Assembly (NCBI GenBank): GCA_045106895.1
Contig: JBGCFM010000102.1
Span: 1 to 54,373 of the forward strand
Reading direction: 5' to 3'
Origin: Polyangiales bacterium
Lineage (GTDB): Bacteria > Myxococcota_A > Polyangia > Polyangiales > Houyiibacteriaceae
Length of the DNA: 54,373 nucleotides
In this document: one piece after another, positions 41,414-52,699 of the stretch
Position numbering within the stretch: the first letter of the stretch is position 1
How the letters are laid out: every line of letters starts with the position of its first letter
The notes under the pieces: generated by a model
Databases searched by the model: none
Told to the model about the DNA's origin: nothing
Seen by the model: only the letters and a program-made list of their open reading frames with translations
Program-made: the position numbers and the translations under genes

Positions 41414-44400
41414 TCAGGCGTGGTACTCCTGAATGGACTTCACCTGAATCGCCTGCTCTCCGCGCGCTTGGCGAGCTTCCACCGCAGCGACCGTCGCCGT
41501 CGCCGCAGCGATCGTCGTGAAATATGGGATTCCGCTCAAGAGCGTCTGGCGTCGAAGGGAGCGGCTGTCGCGAATCGCGGCCGCGCCCTCGCTCGTGTTG
41601 ATGACCAGCGCGATGTCCTTGTTTCGCAAACGGTCCAGCACGTTCGGGCGCGCCTCCATGGCTTTGTTGACGACCTCGGCCTTCACGCCGGAGCGGGCCA
41701 GCGCCTCTTGGGTCCCGTCCGTGGCCAAAAGATCGTAGCCGAGTGCCGCGAGTCGGCGACCAATGTCGCAGGCCGTCTGCTTGTCTTGCTTGCGAACGCT
41801 GATGAAGACCGTACCGCTCCGCGGGATAGCCTGAAACGAAGCCGTAAGCGCTTTCTCGAAGGCCTCGTGGAACGTCGGCGCGATGCCCATCACCTCGCCC
41901 GTGGAACGCATCTCTGGTCCAAGAATCGTGTCGACGCCGGGGAACTTCGCAAAGGGGAACACGGACTCTTTCACCGCGACGTGTTCGATAGGAATCTCGT
42001 CGGGGATACCGAGCTCATCCAGCGTCTGGCCGGCCATGACCTTCGCCGCGACCTGCGCCAACGGGACGCCGGTCGCCTTCGAGATGAAGGGGACCGTTCG
42101 CGAAGCGCGCGGGTTTACTTCGATGACGAACACAGCGCTCCCGCGGACCGCGAACTGCACGTTCATCAGCCCGACGACGCCGAGTTCAAGCGCCAAGGCG
42201 CGCGTGGAAGAGCGGATATTTGAGAGCACATCTGGCGGAAGCGCGTGGGCGGGCAACACCATCGACGAGTCACCGCTGTGGACACCCGCCTCTTCGATGT
42301 GCTGCATGATTCCGCCAATGCAGACGCGGGTTCCGTCGGATATGGCGTCGACGTCCACTTCGATGGCGTCCTTGAGGAACTCGTCGACGAGGATGGTCTG
42401 GGTCTCGGCACCGACAACCGCTTCCAACGCTCGATGCATGTAGTCCGCGAGGTCGCCCCGCGAGTGCACGATTTCCATAGCGCGACCGCCGAGGACGTAG
42501 CTGGGACGCACAACCACGGGAAAGCCAATGCGCTCCGCAACTTCGAAGGCGTCGCTGACGCCGAGGGCGATGCCGCCGGCGGGTCGTAGAAGACCAAGCT
42601 TCTCGAGGATCACGTCGAAACGCTCGCGGTCTTCCGCCCGGTCGATGGCGTCGGCGGAGGTTCCGATGATCGGCACGCCGGCACGATGAAGCGCGACGGC
42701 GAGCTTGAGTGGGGTCTGGCCGCCGTACTGAACGAGAACACCGCTGGGCTTCTCTTCTTCGACAATCGCCATGACGTTTTCGAAGGTCAGGGGCTCAAAG
42801 TAGAGACGGTCCGATGTGTCGTAGTCCGTGCTGACGGTCTCTGGGTTGCAGTTGACCATGATGGTCTCGTACCCGAGCTCTTTGAGCGCGTAGGACGCAT
42901 GCACGCAGCAGTAGTCGAACTCGATTCCCTGGCCGATGCGGTTGGGCCCACCGCCCAGAATCATGATCTTCTTGTTGTCAGTGGTGTCCGTCTCGGATGC
43001 GCCGCCGTAGGTCGAGTAGAGGTAAGGCGTATGCGCCTCAAACTCCGCCGCGCAGGTATCGACGCGTGCGAAGTTCGCCTGAATGTTCGCGCTTCGTCGA
43101 AGCTCGCGTACCGCTTCGGTGGTCTGGCCAGTCAGGCGCCCGATGGTGCCATCGGAGAAGCCCATCTTCTTCGCCGCCATCAGGCGGGCAGCATCCGTGC
43201 CTTCTGCTGCTAGCTCCTTCTCCATCTCCACAAGCTGCGCAAACTGGTCGAGGAACCAAGGATCGATGCGCGTCGCTTGGTGGAGCTCTTCCGGCGTGAG
43301 ACCTGCACGCAGGCCATCGAACACCGACCAGAGCCGGTCGGCGAGTGGCGTCTGCACGAGCTGACGAATCGCCTCGCGAGCCTCTTCGTCCGTCGCCGCC
43401 GGCACATCTTCGGAGGGCTTCGCGCTCGCGGGCATCGCCTCGCCGTCGTCTTGAAGCCGGCGTACCTGCCCCGCCAGTTCGCGGTAGTCCACTTCGTCGC
43501 GCCGCGTGTCGAGTCCGTCGCGGCCAATCTCCAGCGAGCGGGCAGCTTTCTGAAACGACTCCTTGAACGTCCGGCCGATGGCCATGGCTTCGCCGACGGA
43601 CTTCATCTGTGTGGTCAGGCGAGGGTCCGCGCCGGCGAACTTCTCAAACGCAAAGCGAGGCCACTTCGTCACCACGTAGTCGATGGTCGGCTCGAAGGCC
43701 GCGCTCGTTCCGGTAATGTCGTTCTTCAGCTCGTCGAGGGTGTAGCCAACGGCGAGCTTCGCCGCGATCTTCGCGATGGGATAGCCCGTCGCCTTCGATG
43801 CCAGCGCAGAGCTTCGGGACACGCGTGGGTTCATCTCAATGACGATGAGACGTCCAGTCGCTGGGTCCACGGAGAACTGAATATTCGATCCGCCGGTGTC
43901 GACGCCGATCTCTCGAATGATGGCACCGGCGGCATCGCGCATTCGCTGATACTCACGGTCCGTAAGCGTCATCGCCGGTGCGACGGTGACGGAGTCACCC
44001 GTATGAACGCCCATCGGGTCGATGTTCTCGATGGTGCAGATCACGACGAAGTTGTCCGCCTTGTCGCGGATGACCTCGAGCTCGTATTCCTTCCACCCGA
44101 GGAGCGACTCTTCGACGAGACATTCATGCACGGGGCTCTGGGAGAACGCCCAGCGAATCGCCCGAGCGAACTCTTCATCGTTGTAGGCAACGCCGCCGCC
44201 GCTGCCGCCCATCGTCAGCGAGGGGCGAAGAATGATGGGGAACCCAATCTTCTTGGCCGCTTCGTTGGCTTCCTCGATGGTTCGGCATGTGTACGCGCGA
44301 GCGCTATCGAGACCAATCTTGTCCATCGCCGCCTTGAAGAGCTCACGCTCCTCCGCTTTGCGAATCGCTCCGACGGTGGCGCCGATGAGCTCACATCCGT

Positions 44401-44731
44401 ACTTCTCGAGTACGCCGTTCGCGTCGAGAGCCAGAGCCAAGTTGAGCGCCGTCTGACCCCCCAACGTCGGCAACACCGCATCGGGTCGCTCCCGCTCGAT
44501 GATCGCTTCGACGACTTCCGGAACCAAAGGCTCCACATAAGTGCGGTCGGCGAACTCGGGGTCCGTCATGATGGTGGCTGGGTTCGAGTTGACGAGGATG
44601 ACCTCGTACCCCTCTTCCCGGAGCGCCTTCGCGCCCTGGGTTCCAGAATAGTCAAACTCGCAGGCCTGTCCGATTACGATCGGGCCTGAACCAATAAGGA
44701 GGATCTTCCGAAGGTCGTCGCGGCGCGGCAT
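41414..44731 (-). CDS. carB: Carbamoyl-phosphate synthase large subunit
   Basis: [68 protein letters not shown] domain. Confidence 0.98.
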   Translation of the reverse strand: MPRRDDLRKILLIGSGPIVIGQACEFDYSGTQGAKALREEGYEVILVNSNPATIMTDPEFADRTYVEPLVPEVVEAIIERERPDAVLPTLGGQTALNLALALDANGVLEKYGCELIGATVGAIRKAEERELFKAAMDKIGLDSARAYTCRTIEEANEAAKKIGFPIILRPSLTMGGSGGGVAYNDEEFARAIRWAFSQSPVHECLVEESLLGWKEYELEVIRDKADNFVVICTIENIDPMGVHTGDSVTVAPAMTLTDREYQRMRDAAGAIIREIGVDTGGSNIQFSVDPATGRLIVIEMNPRVSRSSALASKATGYPIAKIAAKLAVGYTLDELKNDITGTSAAFEPTIDYVVTKWPRFAFEKFAGADPRLTTQMKSVGEAMAIGRTFKESFQKAARSLEIGRDGLDTRRDEVDYRELAGQVRRLQDDGEAMPASAKPSEDVPAATDEEAREAIRQLVQTPLADRLWSVFDGLRAGLTPEELHQATRIDPWFLDQFAQLVEMEKELAAEGTDAARLMAAKKMGFSDGTIGRLTGQTTEAVRELRRSANIQANFARVDTCAAEFEAHTPYLYSTYGGASETDTTDNKKIMILGGGPNRIGQGIEFDYCCVHASYALKELGYETIMVNCNPETVSTDYDTSDRLYFEPLTFENVMAIVEEEKPSGVLVQYGGQTPLKLAVALHRAGVPIIGTSADAIDRAEDRERFDVILEKLGLLRPAGGIALGVSDAFEVAERIGFPVVVRPSYVLGGRAMEIVHSRGDLADYMHRALEAVVGAETQTILVDEFLKDAIEVDVDAISDGTRVCIGGIMQHIEEAGVHSGDSSMVLPAHALPPDVLSNIRSSTRALALELGVVGLMNVQFAVRGSAVFVIEVNPRASRTVPFISKATGVPLAQVAAKVMAGQTLDELGIPDEIPIEHVAVKESVFPFAKFPGVDTILGPEMRSTGEVMGIAPTFHEAFEKALTASFQAIPRSGTVFISVRKQDKQTACDIGRRLAALGYDLLATDGTQEALARSGVKAEVVNKAMEARPNVLDRLRNKDIALVINTSEGAAAIRDSRSLRRQTLLSGIPYFTTIAAATATVAAVEARQARGEQAIQVKSIQEYHA

Positions 44732-44845
44732 GGTATCGAGGGCTCGGGTATCAGAGCCACTCACGACTGGCAAGGTGGGCCACGTCGAAGAGGCGCCCCA
44801 CCGGGTGGCTCCAGCCCGAAAACAAAGGGCTTTTCGCCACTCCCC

Positions 44846-45298
44846 TTAGGATCGGACGATCGCCGCCGCGAGCGGGCCGCTCACCTCCACACGACGCGAG
44901 GTCTCGCCCGTGAGGAAGATACGAATCAACAAGTCCGGCGCTCCCAGTTCCTCGACAAAGGCCGCTCCCCACTCGACGAGACGGACATGGTCGTCGCTCT
45001 CGAGGCCAAGGTCCTCCAGTGGATCACCGGGCGTGAGTCGGTAGAGGTCGGCATGAAGCAGCGGGGGCTCCGACTCGGGGTAGTCGTGCACCAGCGCGAA
45101 CGTGGGGCTCGTGACGGGCAAATCATCGGGAACGCCAAGTGCGTACGCGATCGCTCGCGAAAAGAACGTCTTCCCCGCGCCGAGGTCGCCTTCGAGGATC
45201 ACGAGATGCCCTGGCTCAAGGAGCGCCGCGACGCGTGACGCGAACGCCAGCATCTCCGCCTCACTCTGCACGCTCAAACTCTGTGACTCAGATTCCAC
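44846..45298 (-). CDS. tsaE: tRNA threonylcarbamoyladenosine biosynthesis ATPase
   Basis: LEGDLGAGKT, VTSPTFALV, HADLYRL, VEWG. Confidence 0.95.
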   Translation of the reverse strand: MESESQSLSVQSEAEMLAFASRVAALLEPGHLVILEGDLGAGKTFFSRAIAYALGVPDDLPVTSPTFALVHDYPESEPPLLHADLYRLTPGDPLEDLGLESDDHVRLVEWGAAFVEELGAPDLLIRIFLTGETSRRVEVSGPLAAAIVRS

Positions 45299-45347
45299 GG
45301 GCGCGGACCATAGCCGTCAGGCGGCGGCCAAGCTAGCATCGCGCGTC

Positions 45348-47174
45348 GTGCCTCGTTTCCTCTCCCTCGCCACGTGTGCCGTGGCTCTAAGCGCAGCCTT
45401 CGCGAGGGCTCAGCCTCCGGAGGAGCCCTTCGCCTACGACCTTCGTGCCGAACTCGTTCCGTCGGAGCACCTGGTGCGAGGCGAAGGCACCATCCAATGG
45501 ACCAACACGTCGTCGGTGTCCGTCGGCAGCTTGACGTTCCACCTCTACCTGAACGCGTTCGCCGACGACCAGAGCGTGTTCATGCGCGAATCCGGCGGGC
45601 AGCTGCGCGGCGACACATTCCAGGGCAACGGCTCCATCGAGGTTGAGGCGCTTCATATTGGCACGACGGACCTCCTCACCACCGCCGAGACGGAGCTCGT
45701 CCCGGGTGACCGCACACAGCTTCGCGTCACTTTGCCAGCGCCCGTTGAGCCCGGCGTGAGCATCACCCTGGAGACTCGTTTCACGTCTCGTTTGCCACCC
45801 GTCTTCGCTCGAAGCGGATACGCGGGCGATTTCCACATGGTCGCGCAGTGGTTTCCAAAGCTCGCTCGCCTTGAACCGGATGGGACCTGGGCGTCGTTCC
45901 CTTATCACGCCCATGGTGAGTTCTACGCGGACTTCGCTACCTACGAGCTTGAGGTCCGCACGCCCCGTGGCTGGCGCGTCGGCGCCACTGGAAGCGCGGC
46001 GCCGCCCGAAGAAGACGGCGACTCCCTCGTTCACCGCTTTGTCGCCGAGCGCGTCCACGACACCGCCTTCGCCGCCGCACCGTGGTTCGAAGAAGCCGTG
46101 ACCACCTGGGAGCTCGCAGGTCACACGGTCCACGTCCGCGCTCTTTCTCCCCCGGGCTACGAGAGCGCCGTCGCTCGGCACCTTCTCATCACGGAAGCCG
46201 CAATACGACGCTATGGGCGCCTCTTCGGACACTATCCCTACGACAGCCTCACGATCATCGTGCCTCCCGCCGACGCTCCAGGCGCCGCGGGCATGGAGTA
46301 CCCAACGCTCTTTGTTACCGCCGGCCCATGGTGGACCACCGACGGTCTACCTTTCCGCGCACCTATCGGACTTCAGGCGCACGTCACTGCACACGAACTC
46401 GGGCACCAGTGGTTTCAGGGAATGCTCGGCAGCAACGAAGTTGACTGGCCCATGCTCGACGAAGGGCTCACCGAATGGGCCACCGTCGACTTCCTTACGG
46501 CGCGCTACGGCGATGCTTCCGCCGCGGCCCTTCCCTTTGTGAACTTCCCCGCCTTCGAGACCGAGCGTGTGTTCGGTTTCGCGGGCGCCCCTACGCCCCC
46601 ACCGGGGCGTCCCGTGCATGCGTTCCGTGGAAGCGAATACGGGCGGAGTGTGTACGCCCGCAGCACCTCGATCTTCGAGACCGTCGCGCGAACCTGGGGA
46701 CGCCGCCGTTTCCAGCGCGCCCTTGGTCGCTACGCGCGCCGTCATCGCTATGGTCACCCCCGCCCCGAAGACCTCTTTCGCGCCATGGACGAAGAGTATG
46801 GCGCCTGGATGAGCCGACGGGTCCTGCGCCCGGCGCTCCTCCACGGTGCTCAGGCCGTCACCGTCGTCGAGCTCGAAGAAGACGCCGATGGTTGGCACAT
46901 GAACGCACGACGCTTCGGCGGATTGCCTCTGCCCTCCCACATCCACATCGAGAGCGCGGCTGGCGAGTCGACAGAGATTCCGTGGCCCGGGTCGTCCACT
47001 CACCTCTCCCGCGACTTTGCCGAGCGTCCTCGTCGCATTCTCGCCGATCCCCATCGACACAACCTCACCGATCCCCGCCGCGCAGACGATGGCATGCGCG
47101 ACGACAACGGGGGCTATTTCCCCCGCGCGCTGTGGGTCGTCCAGAGCTTCCTTAGCTGGGTGTTCGGTCCATGA
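45348..47174 (+). CDS. Secreted M1-family zinc aminopeptidase
   Basis: Signal peptide from GTG 45348; FHLYLNAF, QWFPK, AGMEYP, HELGHQWF..DEGLT (HEXXH-X18-E). Confidence 0.92.
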   Translation: MPRFLSLATCAVALSAAFARAQPPEEPFAYDLRAELVPSEHLVRGEGTIQWTNTSSVSVGSLTFHLYLNAFADDQSVFMRESGGQLRGDTFQGNGSIEVEALHIGTTDLLTTAETELVPGDRTQLRVTLPAPVEPGVSITLETRFTSRLPPVFARSGYAGDFHMVAQWFPKLARLEPDGTWASFPYHAHGEFYADFATYELEVRTPRGWRVGATGSAAPPEEDGDSLVHRFVAERVHDTAFAAAPWFEEAVTTWELAGHTVHVRALSPPGYESAVARHLLITEAAIRRYGRLFGHYPYDSLTIIVPPADAPGAAGMEYPTLFVTAGPWWTTDGLPFRAPIGLQAHVTAHELGHQWFQGMLGSNEVDWPMLDEGLTEWATVDFLTARYGDASAAALPFVNFPAFETERVFGFAGAPTPPPGRPVHAFRGSEYGRSVYARSTSIFETVARTWGRRRFQRALGRYARRHRYGHPRPEDLFRAMDEEYGAWMSRRVLRPALLHGAQAVTVVELEEDADGWHMNARRFGGLPLPSHIHIESAAGESTEIPWPGSSTHLSRDFAERPRRILADPHRHNLTDPRRADDGMRDDNGGYFPRALWVVQSFLSWVFGP

Positions 47175-47959
47175 GCACGCAACTGGCATCGCGTGAGCAG
47201 CTCGCCCGCTCCGCGTTTCTCATGTACTTCGTCGTGTCGCTCATCGCGGTCCCGTGTGCGGACTGGCTCGCCGATCTCCTCCGCTCCGCCTCCGGCGCGG
47301 GAGACTTTCGTGACGGCGCGTACGTTCTCGAGAGCCTCCTAAACGGAGCCTTCGGCACCCTCGCCCTTCCCCTTGGCTTCGGTGCACTTGTTCTCTTCCC
47401 GCTGGCGATACCGCTGCGCATGACATGGCTCGCGTCCATTCGTCACCCCGACTGGAGCCTACGAAAGCAAGCCGGCATTGGTCTGCGCCGAACTCCCGCG
47501 TGCGCCGGCAGCTACTTTCTTTTGCTGACGATCGGGATGTTTCTCCTTGGGCTCCTCGTAATCGCAGCGTGGCTTGTCCACAGCTCTTTCGACGGCGACC
47601 CAAACCCACGAAGTGCGGCGTTCTGGACCGCCCTCGCCTTTCTCCCCTTCGCAGTCGGAAGCCTGCTCCTCCTCGCCGCGCTGGACCTCGCGAGCGCCGC
47701 CTCCCTGAGTGCAGCTCCCTTCGATGCCCTGCGCCAGACCGGCCCACGAGTCCTTCGAGCGCTTCCGGTCTATACGGCCTTCGCCCTCGTTTGCGGGCTC
47801 ACATTCGTCGCCGGCGCCGCCCTCGAAACCGCACCCTGGGTTCTCCTTCCCGCTCTCCAAGCCTGCATTTTTCTCCGGTATCTCGCGCGCTCATTCTGGC
47901 TGCGGGCGGCTGTGCGCAGGATGACAACCCGCACCAACCACGCTATGACCGCGCCATGA
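47171..47959 (+). CDS. Hypothetical integral membrane protein
   Basis: Several hydrophobic helices; ATGA overlaps with both neighbours. Confidence 0.8.
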   Translation: MSTQLASREQLARSAFLMYFVVSLIAVPCADWLADLLRSASGAGDFRDGAYVLESLLNGAFGTLALPLGFGALVLFPLAIPLRMTWLASIRHPDWSLRKQAGIGLRRTPACAGSYFLLLTIGMFLLGLLVIAAWLVHSSFDGDPNPRSAAFWTALAFLPFAVGSLLLLAALDLASAASLSAAPFDALRQTGPRVLRALPVYTAFALVCGLTFVAGAALETAPWVLLPALQACIFLRYLARSFWLRAAVRRMTTRTNHAMTAP

Positions 47960-48504
47960 AACGCCTGATCCCCGTATTTCTCCTCTGCGCCATCGCTTGC
48001 GGAGACGACTCGCGCGCCAATATCGACAGCGGGATCACGCGTATTGACTCGGGTATCGACGCAGACGACGGCCCGCCAAGCGGCCCCGACGCGGGGGACA
48101 CGCTCACCTGCGAAGACCCCTACCCCAACCTCGTCCCAATCAGTGAGGCGAACCCGGCGGATATGATTCTCCCCCGCTGCGCCTCAACGACGGCCCAGTG
48201 CATCGTCGACTGCGAAAGCGACGGTGACTGCATCGACGCCTGCATCGCGGCAGACTCCACGCCGCCACTCGTCGACGGAACCCTCTCCATCAACTGCGAC
48301 GACTGCATCACCTTTCAGTCCCTCGCGTGCTTCGAGAACTTCTGCGCTCCGCAGTTCGCAGACCTCCGATGCTGCCTGGAAGACAACGATTGCGAGGACG
48401 CCGACTGCCCCGCTTGCACGACGCAGTTCAGCGCGTTCACCACCTGCCGAGACGGTGACAGCGTCTTGTGCGGTGACTTCATCGGCCCCTGCTTCCCCAA
48501 CTAG
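47956..48504 (+). CDS. Cys-rich lipoprotein (paralog A)
   Basis: MKRLIPVFLLCAIAC-GDD; PRC..C...C Cys-rich domain. Confidence 0.85.
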   Translation: MKRLIPVFLLCAIACGDDSRANIDSGITRIDSGIDADDGPPSGPDAGDTLTCEDPYPNLVPISEANPADMILPRCASTTAQCIVDCESDGDCIDACIAADSTPPLVDGTLSINCDDCITFQSLACFENFCAPQFADLRCCLEDNDCEDADCPACTTQFSAFTTCRDGDSVLCGDFIGPCFPN

Positions 48505-48614
48505 AAACAACCGGCTCCCACCAGCCTGGCAACGGTGGTTTGAACGACGGCATGCCCAAGGGTATGCACCAAACGAATACGATAGCGACCCGCTTGAACT
48601 TTGAAGGAAATACG

Positions 48615-49229
48615 ATGACACGACTTGGATTGATTCTCATGCTTGCCCTTGGAGTGGCTTGCGGCGACGACGACACGCGAATGAACGACGCTGGCACCAC
48701 ACCTACCGACGGCGGCACCGACAGCGGCCAGATCACCTTCGACACCGGCCCTGAGCCCGACAGCGGCATCGTCCTCGTCGACGCTGGCCCCGGTGGAACA
48801 GACGCTGGCCCCGGCGGCACGGACGCTGGACCGACGCCCGCCTGCGCGACAACCCCTCCTCCAGTGCTCATGGGCGACCAGGTTCCACGCTGCGCTGCAG
48901 CGACGCTCACGTGCACTCAGGGATGCGCCGACCAGGCGTGTTTCGACAACTGCCTCACCAGCGACGCGACCCCAGCCATCACGCTTCAGGGCCAGGAAGT
49001 GAACTGCCAGACGTGCTTGAACATCCAGTTCGGCTCCTGCGCCGCCGCGAACGGCTGCCAGGCCGAATGGGGCGAGTTTCAGTGCTGCGCCGAGAGCTGC
49101 ACGGAGCAGGCGTGCGTTACGACCTGTCAGAACATGTTCGCGCCGGCCTTCCAGGCATGCGCCATGGGTGCCGCCGCATCCTGCCCGCTGACGAACCCCA
49201 CGCTTCAGACGTGCTTCGCCTCTGAGTAG
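48615..49229 (+). CDS. Cys-rich lipoprotein (paralog B)
   Basis: GAAGGA RBS; MTRLGLILMLALGVAC-GDDD; DAG linker; Cys pattern matches paralog A. Confidence 0.87.
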   Translation: MTRLGLILMLALGVACGDDDTRMNDAGTTPTDGGTDSGQITFDTGPEPDSGIVLVDAGPGGTDAGPGGTDAGPTPACATTPPPVLMGDQVPRCAAATLTCTQGCADQACFDNCLTSDATPAITLQGQEVNCQTCLNIQFGSCAAANGCQAEWGEFQCCAESCTEQACVTTCQNMFAPAFQACAMGAAASCPLTNPTLQTCFASE

Positions 49230-49230
49230 T

Positions 49231-49881
49231 TTGACACGCACGCTCATCGTCGGTGATGTGCACGGGTGCCTCGAAGAACTCGAGGCCCTCGTGGACAAAG
49301 TAGGTCTCCGCAGTGAAGACCAACTTGTGCTCGTCGGTGACCTTGTCGCAAAGGGCCCGGACTCTGCCGGCGTAGTTCGCTACGCCCGCGAGAGCCGGGC
49401 TTTTTCCGTTCGAGGAAACCACGAGGATCACTGGCTTCGAGCCCGCGCGGACGGGAAAGGTCGTTCGCTCAGCGACGCCGACTGGGCCTACCTGGAGCAG
49501 ACGCCGGACCGTCTAACCTTGGCACTATGCCCCGTGTATGCGGGCCTTCGCCGACCTGCGGTCCACGTTGTCCACGCAGGATTCGTTCCTGGCATCAAAC
49601 TTCAGGACCAAGATCCAGAGTTGATGAAGAGCATGCGCACCGTCCACGACGGCGAAGGCTCCTCTCACCGCAAAGGCCGGCCATGGGCCGCGGAGTGGCC
49701 GGGCCCCGACCTTGTGGTCTTTGGTCATGATGCCGCGCGCGGACTTCAGCAGCGCCCCCACGCCCTCGGACTCGATACGGGTTGCTGCTACGGCGGCGAG
49801 CTGAGTGGCGCCCTCATCGAAGGCGACTCGCTAAGCTTGGTTAGCGTTCCTGCGAAGGCCGTGTACAAACCTATCTCATGA
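49231..49881 (+). CDS. Calcineurin-like metallophosphoesterase (ApaH/PrpE-like)
   Basis: GDVHGC, GDLVAKGPDS, RGNHE, VHAG, FGH, LDTGC. Confidence 0.92.
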   Translation: MTRTLIVGDVHGCLEELEALVDKVGLRSEDQLVLVGDLVAKGPDSAGVVRYARESRAFSVRGNHEDHWLRARADGKGRSLSDADWAYLEQTPDRLTLALCPVYAGLRRPAVHVVHAGFVPGIKLQDQDPELMKSMRTVHDGEGSSHRKGRPWAAEWPGPDLVVFGHDAARGLQQRPHALGLDTGCCYGGELSGALIEGDSLSLVSVPAKAVYKPIS

Positions 49882-50225
49882 AGTTCCGCCTCCCCACATT
49901 GCCGGCTCAGGGTGAGTGCGTCTCGGTACCCATGGGCCTCGACGAACGCGGTCTCCCCGTCGATGGCCTCGTCGTGCGCACCTCGGGAGGCGAACTGCGC
50001 GCCTACATCAACGTCTGCAAACACATCCCTATCCCCATCGATTCGGGGAGCGGAGAGTATCTCACAGCGGACGGGAGCCACCTCTTCTGCGGCACCCACG
50101 GAGCGCTCTATCGCCTCGAAGATGGCAAGTGCACCGAAGGCCCTTGCCTCGGCGAGCACTTAGATCCGGTGCACGTGGAGGAAGTCGACGAGGCAACGTG
50201 GCTCGTTTGGCCTGACCCCGAATAG
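49878..50225 (+). CDS. Rieske [2Fe-2S] ferredoxin-like protein
   Basis: CKH...CGTHGALY..DG.C..GP. Confidence 0.9.
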   Translation: MKFRLPTLPAQGECVSVPMGLDERGLPVDGLVVRTSGGELRAYINVCKHIPIPIDSGSGEYLTADGSHLFCGTHGALYRLEDGKCTEGPCLGEHLDPVHVEEVDEATWLVWPDPE

Positions 50226-50235
50226 TGCGCGCGGC

Positions 50236-51132
50236 TTAGGACTCGGCCGGCGCTTCGTCCTCAAAAGCTGCCGGTGCCGACAAGCGACCGAGCTGCGCCC
50301 AAGGCTTGTCCTCGCTGTTCTTCACAATCGCCGGACGCCGCGTCAGCACTTCACATCCCGTACGTGTGACGACGATGGAATGTTCGAATTGAGCCGTGAG
50401 CGAGCGGTCCGCCGTCAGCACCGTCCACTGGTCTTCCAGAAGCTCCGTCTCGTATCCACCGATGTTGATCATCGGTTCGATGGTGAAAACCATGCCTTCA
50501 CGCATACGGCGATTCGTCAGACCTTCCAGCAGTCCGGCGCGCTTGTCAGGCTTGTAGTGAGGAATCTGCGGCGCCATGTGGAACTTCCGGCCGACACCGT
50601 GGCCTACGTAGTCGCGCACCACAGAGCAGCCTTGTGCTTCGGCGTATTCCTGAATCGCTGCGCCGATATCCCAGATGCGCGCTTTGTGGCGCACCTGTTC
50701 GAGACCGACCTCGAGGCTCTTCCGTGCCGTCTCCACCACGCGCTTGGCGTCGTCGCTCACATCACCAATGTAGAAAGTCACGCTGGTGTCGCCGAAGAAC
50801 CCGCGCTCCTTCGGAAAGATGGTGGTGACATCGACGTTCACAATGTCCCCGTTCTTGAGGACGGTGCCATCTGGAATGCCGTGGCAAACGCAGTCGTTGA
50901 TGCTCGTGCAGACGCTCTTCGGGAAAGGAGGGCGTCCGCCGCCGCCGCCGTAGTTGAGCGGCGCGGGCAGCGCATCGTTCTCAAGGCAGAACTCGTGCAC
51001 CCAGTCGTTGATGGTGTCCGTGGTGATGCCGGCGCCAATACGCTCACCCACCATCACCAGGCAGTCCGCCGCCATTCGGCAGCTCTTTCGCATGCGTTCC
51101 AGCATACTCGCGCTCATCAGTTCTACGGCCAT
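50236..51132 (-). CDS. map: Methionine aminopeptidase type I
   Basis: FPKSVCTSINDCVCHGIP, NVDVT, GDTS, GHGVG..FH, FTIEPMIN, AQFEH. Confidence 0.97.
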   Translation of the reverse strand: MAVELMSASMLERMRKSCRMAADCLVMVGERIGAGITTDTINDWVHEFCLENDALPAPLNYGGGGGRPPFPKSVCTSINDCVCHGIPDGTVLKNGDIVNVDVTTIFPKERGFFGDTSVTFYIGDVSDDAKRVVETARKSLEVGLEQVRHKARIWDIGAAIQEYAEAQGCSVVRDYVGHGVGRKFHMAPQIPHYKPDKRAGLLEGLTNRRMREGMVFTIEPMINIGGYETELLEDQWTVLTADRSLTAQFEHSIVVTRTGCEVLTRRPAIVKNSEDKPWAQLGRLSAPAAFEDEAPAES

Positions 51133-51173
51133 GGCCCCTCACCTAACAGGCCGGGCATTCCTTCGCAAAGCGC

Positions 51174-52616
51174 CTAGCGCGCCGGCGGCGAGGCCGCCGA
51201 GGGAAGGAAGCGCACGCGCAGGTACACCGCGAGAAACGCCACGCCGCTCACCAAGTTGCCAACGGCGATTGTAGCCCAGAGTGGTTCCACCCCCTCCACG
51301 AAGGTCGCCACGAGGATCAGGACAGCGCCCAAAGGGACCACCACCGCCGCGTCGACCTTCAGGCTCAAGAGCGTCGCTCCGGCGCCGCTCATCGCCTGGG
51401 AGAGCACCACGCCTCCGCCAAAGAACACGTACGACCACGCCACGGCGCTGAGGTAGCCCTGCCCGGCGGCAACCACGCTTGGCGTCGGGTCAAAGAAACC
51501 GACGAAGTCCGCTCCAAAGCGGACAAAGATGACGACGATGCCCGACATGAGCAGGACATCGAAGCCGGCGGCGATAAGCCCCGCTCGCTTCGCACGCCCT
51601 TCTTGACGAGCGCCGAGGTTCGTACCGACAAAACTAGAGGCGGCGGCTCCCCAGCCCATCCCGAGAAAAAGCACGAGCGTCTCGAGGCGCAAGCAAATCC
51701 CAAGAGCGGTCAGCGTCGATGGGTCTTCGGCACTCGTATACTCCGCACCCACCAGCGCCATGACCGTCAACGTGAGCAAGATGCGCATCACCAGCTGGGT
51801 GCTCTGAGGCCACGCGAGCCGCAGGAGCGCGCGGAGTTCACTCGCCATCGGACGTAAGTAGACGCGGTGAAAGCGAGGTCCGCCGCGCCTTCGGCTCAGA
51901 ATCCATAGCCCCACAATCAACGGCAGAGTCCGGGCGATCACCGTCGCATACGCCGTACCCACAACACCGAGACGCGGGATGCCGAGGGCGTGAGCCAGGG
52001 GCCTGCCCCACGCGAATATCTCCGGCGCAGGCCCATCGCCATAAACCAAGAGCACGTTCAAGACGACGTTGAGTGCGTTGCCGCTGACGAGAAGAAACGC
52101 AGACGTCTTCGCATGACCCAGAGCACGCAACGTGTTCGTCACTTGAAGCAGAATGCAGATGGAGAACGCCCCGCCGAGCATCACCTGCAGGTAGCGAACG
52201 GCGAGGGCCGCCGCGTTGCCTTTGACGTTCATGACATCCACGACGAGAAGTTCCGAGCCGAAGAGCCCGAGTGCGCCAAAGCCCAACGAGAGCACCGTCA
52301 CGAGCCAAAACCCCTGCCACGTTGCGCGCCGTACCCCGCGCAAGTCCGACCTGCCTAGGGCCGGAGCGATGCGAGCCACCGTGGCGGTGCCAATGCCGGT
52401 GCTCAAGATCGTCGCCGCCGCGGCCAACATATCGCAGACGCCGAGAGCGGCGAGGGCCTCGGTGGCCCCTTCGACGCGCGAGATCATGAACATGTCGACG
52501 AGGTTGAACCCCAGGTGCAAGCCCATCGCCGCCGCCAAGGGCAAGCCAAATCGCAGGATCCCAAGGGTAAGCGAGCCCTCGAGTAGCCGGCGGCGGCTCT
52601 TTTCGTTGCTGCTCAC
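51174..52616 (-). CDS. MATE-family efflux transporter
   Basis: About 12 TM segments; LLEGSL..GILRFGLP, NLVDMFM, NVVLN.LL, LGVVGTAYAT, VGTNLGA. Confidence 0.92.
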   Translation of the reverse strand: MSSNEKSRRRLLEGSLTLGILRFGLPLAAAMGLHLGFNLVDMFMISRVEGATEALAALGVCDMLAAAATILSTGIGTATVARIAPALGRSDLRGVRRATWQGFWLVTVLSLGFGALGLFGSELLVVDVMNVKGNAAALAVRYLQVMLGGAFSICILLQVTNTLRALGHAKTSAFLLVSGNALNVVLNVLLVYGDGPAPEIFAWGRPLAHALGIPRLGVVGTAYATVIARTLPLIVGLWILSRRRGGPRFHRVYLRPMASELRALLRLAWPQSTQLVMRILLTLTVMALVGAEYTSAEDPSTLTALGICLRLETLVLFLGMGWGAAASSFVGTNLGARQEGRAKRAGLIAAGFDVLLMSGIVVIFVRFGADFVGFFDPTPSVVAAGQGYLSAVAWSYVFFGGGVVLSQAMSGAGATLLSLKVDAAVVVPLGAVLILVATFVEGVEPLWATIAVGNLVSGVAFLAVYLRVRFLPSAASPPAR

Positions 52617-52699
52617 GCTGCGGACCCTAACAGCCAGAGGGGCTCCGAATCGATTGACGCTTTTCGCCGTTGACGCTAAGACTCCGCCCAGAGCCAGCC

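Noticed and set aside
47425..47955. Arg-rich N-terminal half of the 359-aa ORF
   Set aside because: It is an out-of-frame overlap with the membrane-protein gene; the lipoprotein starts at ATG 47956.
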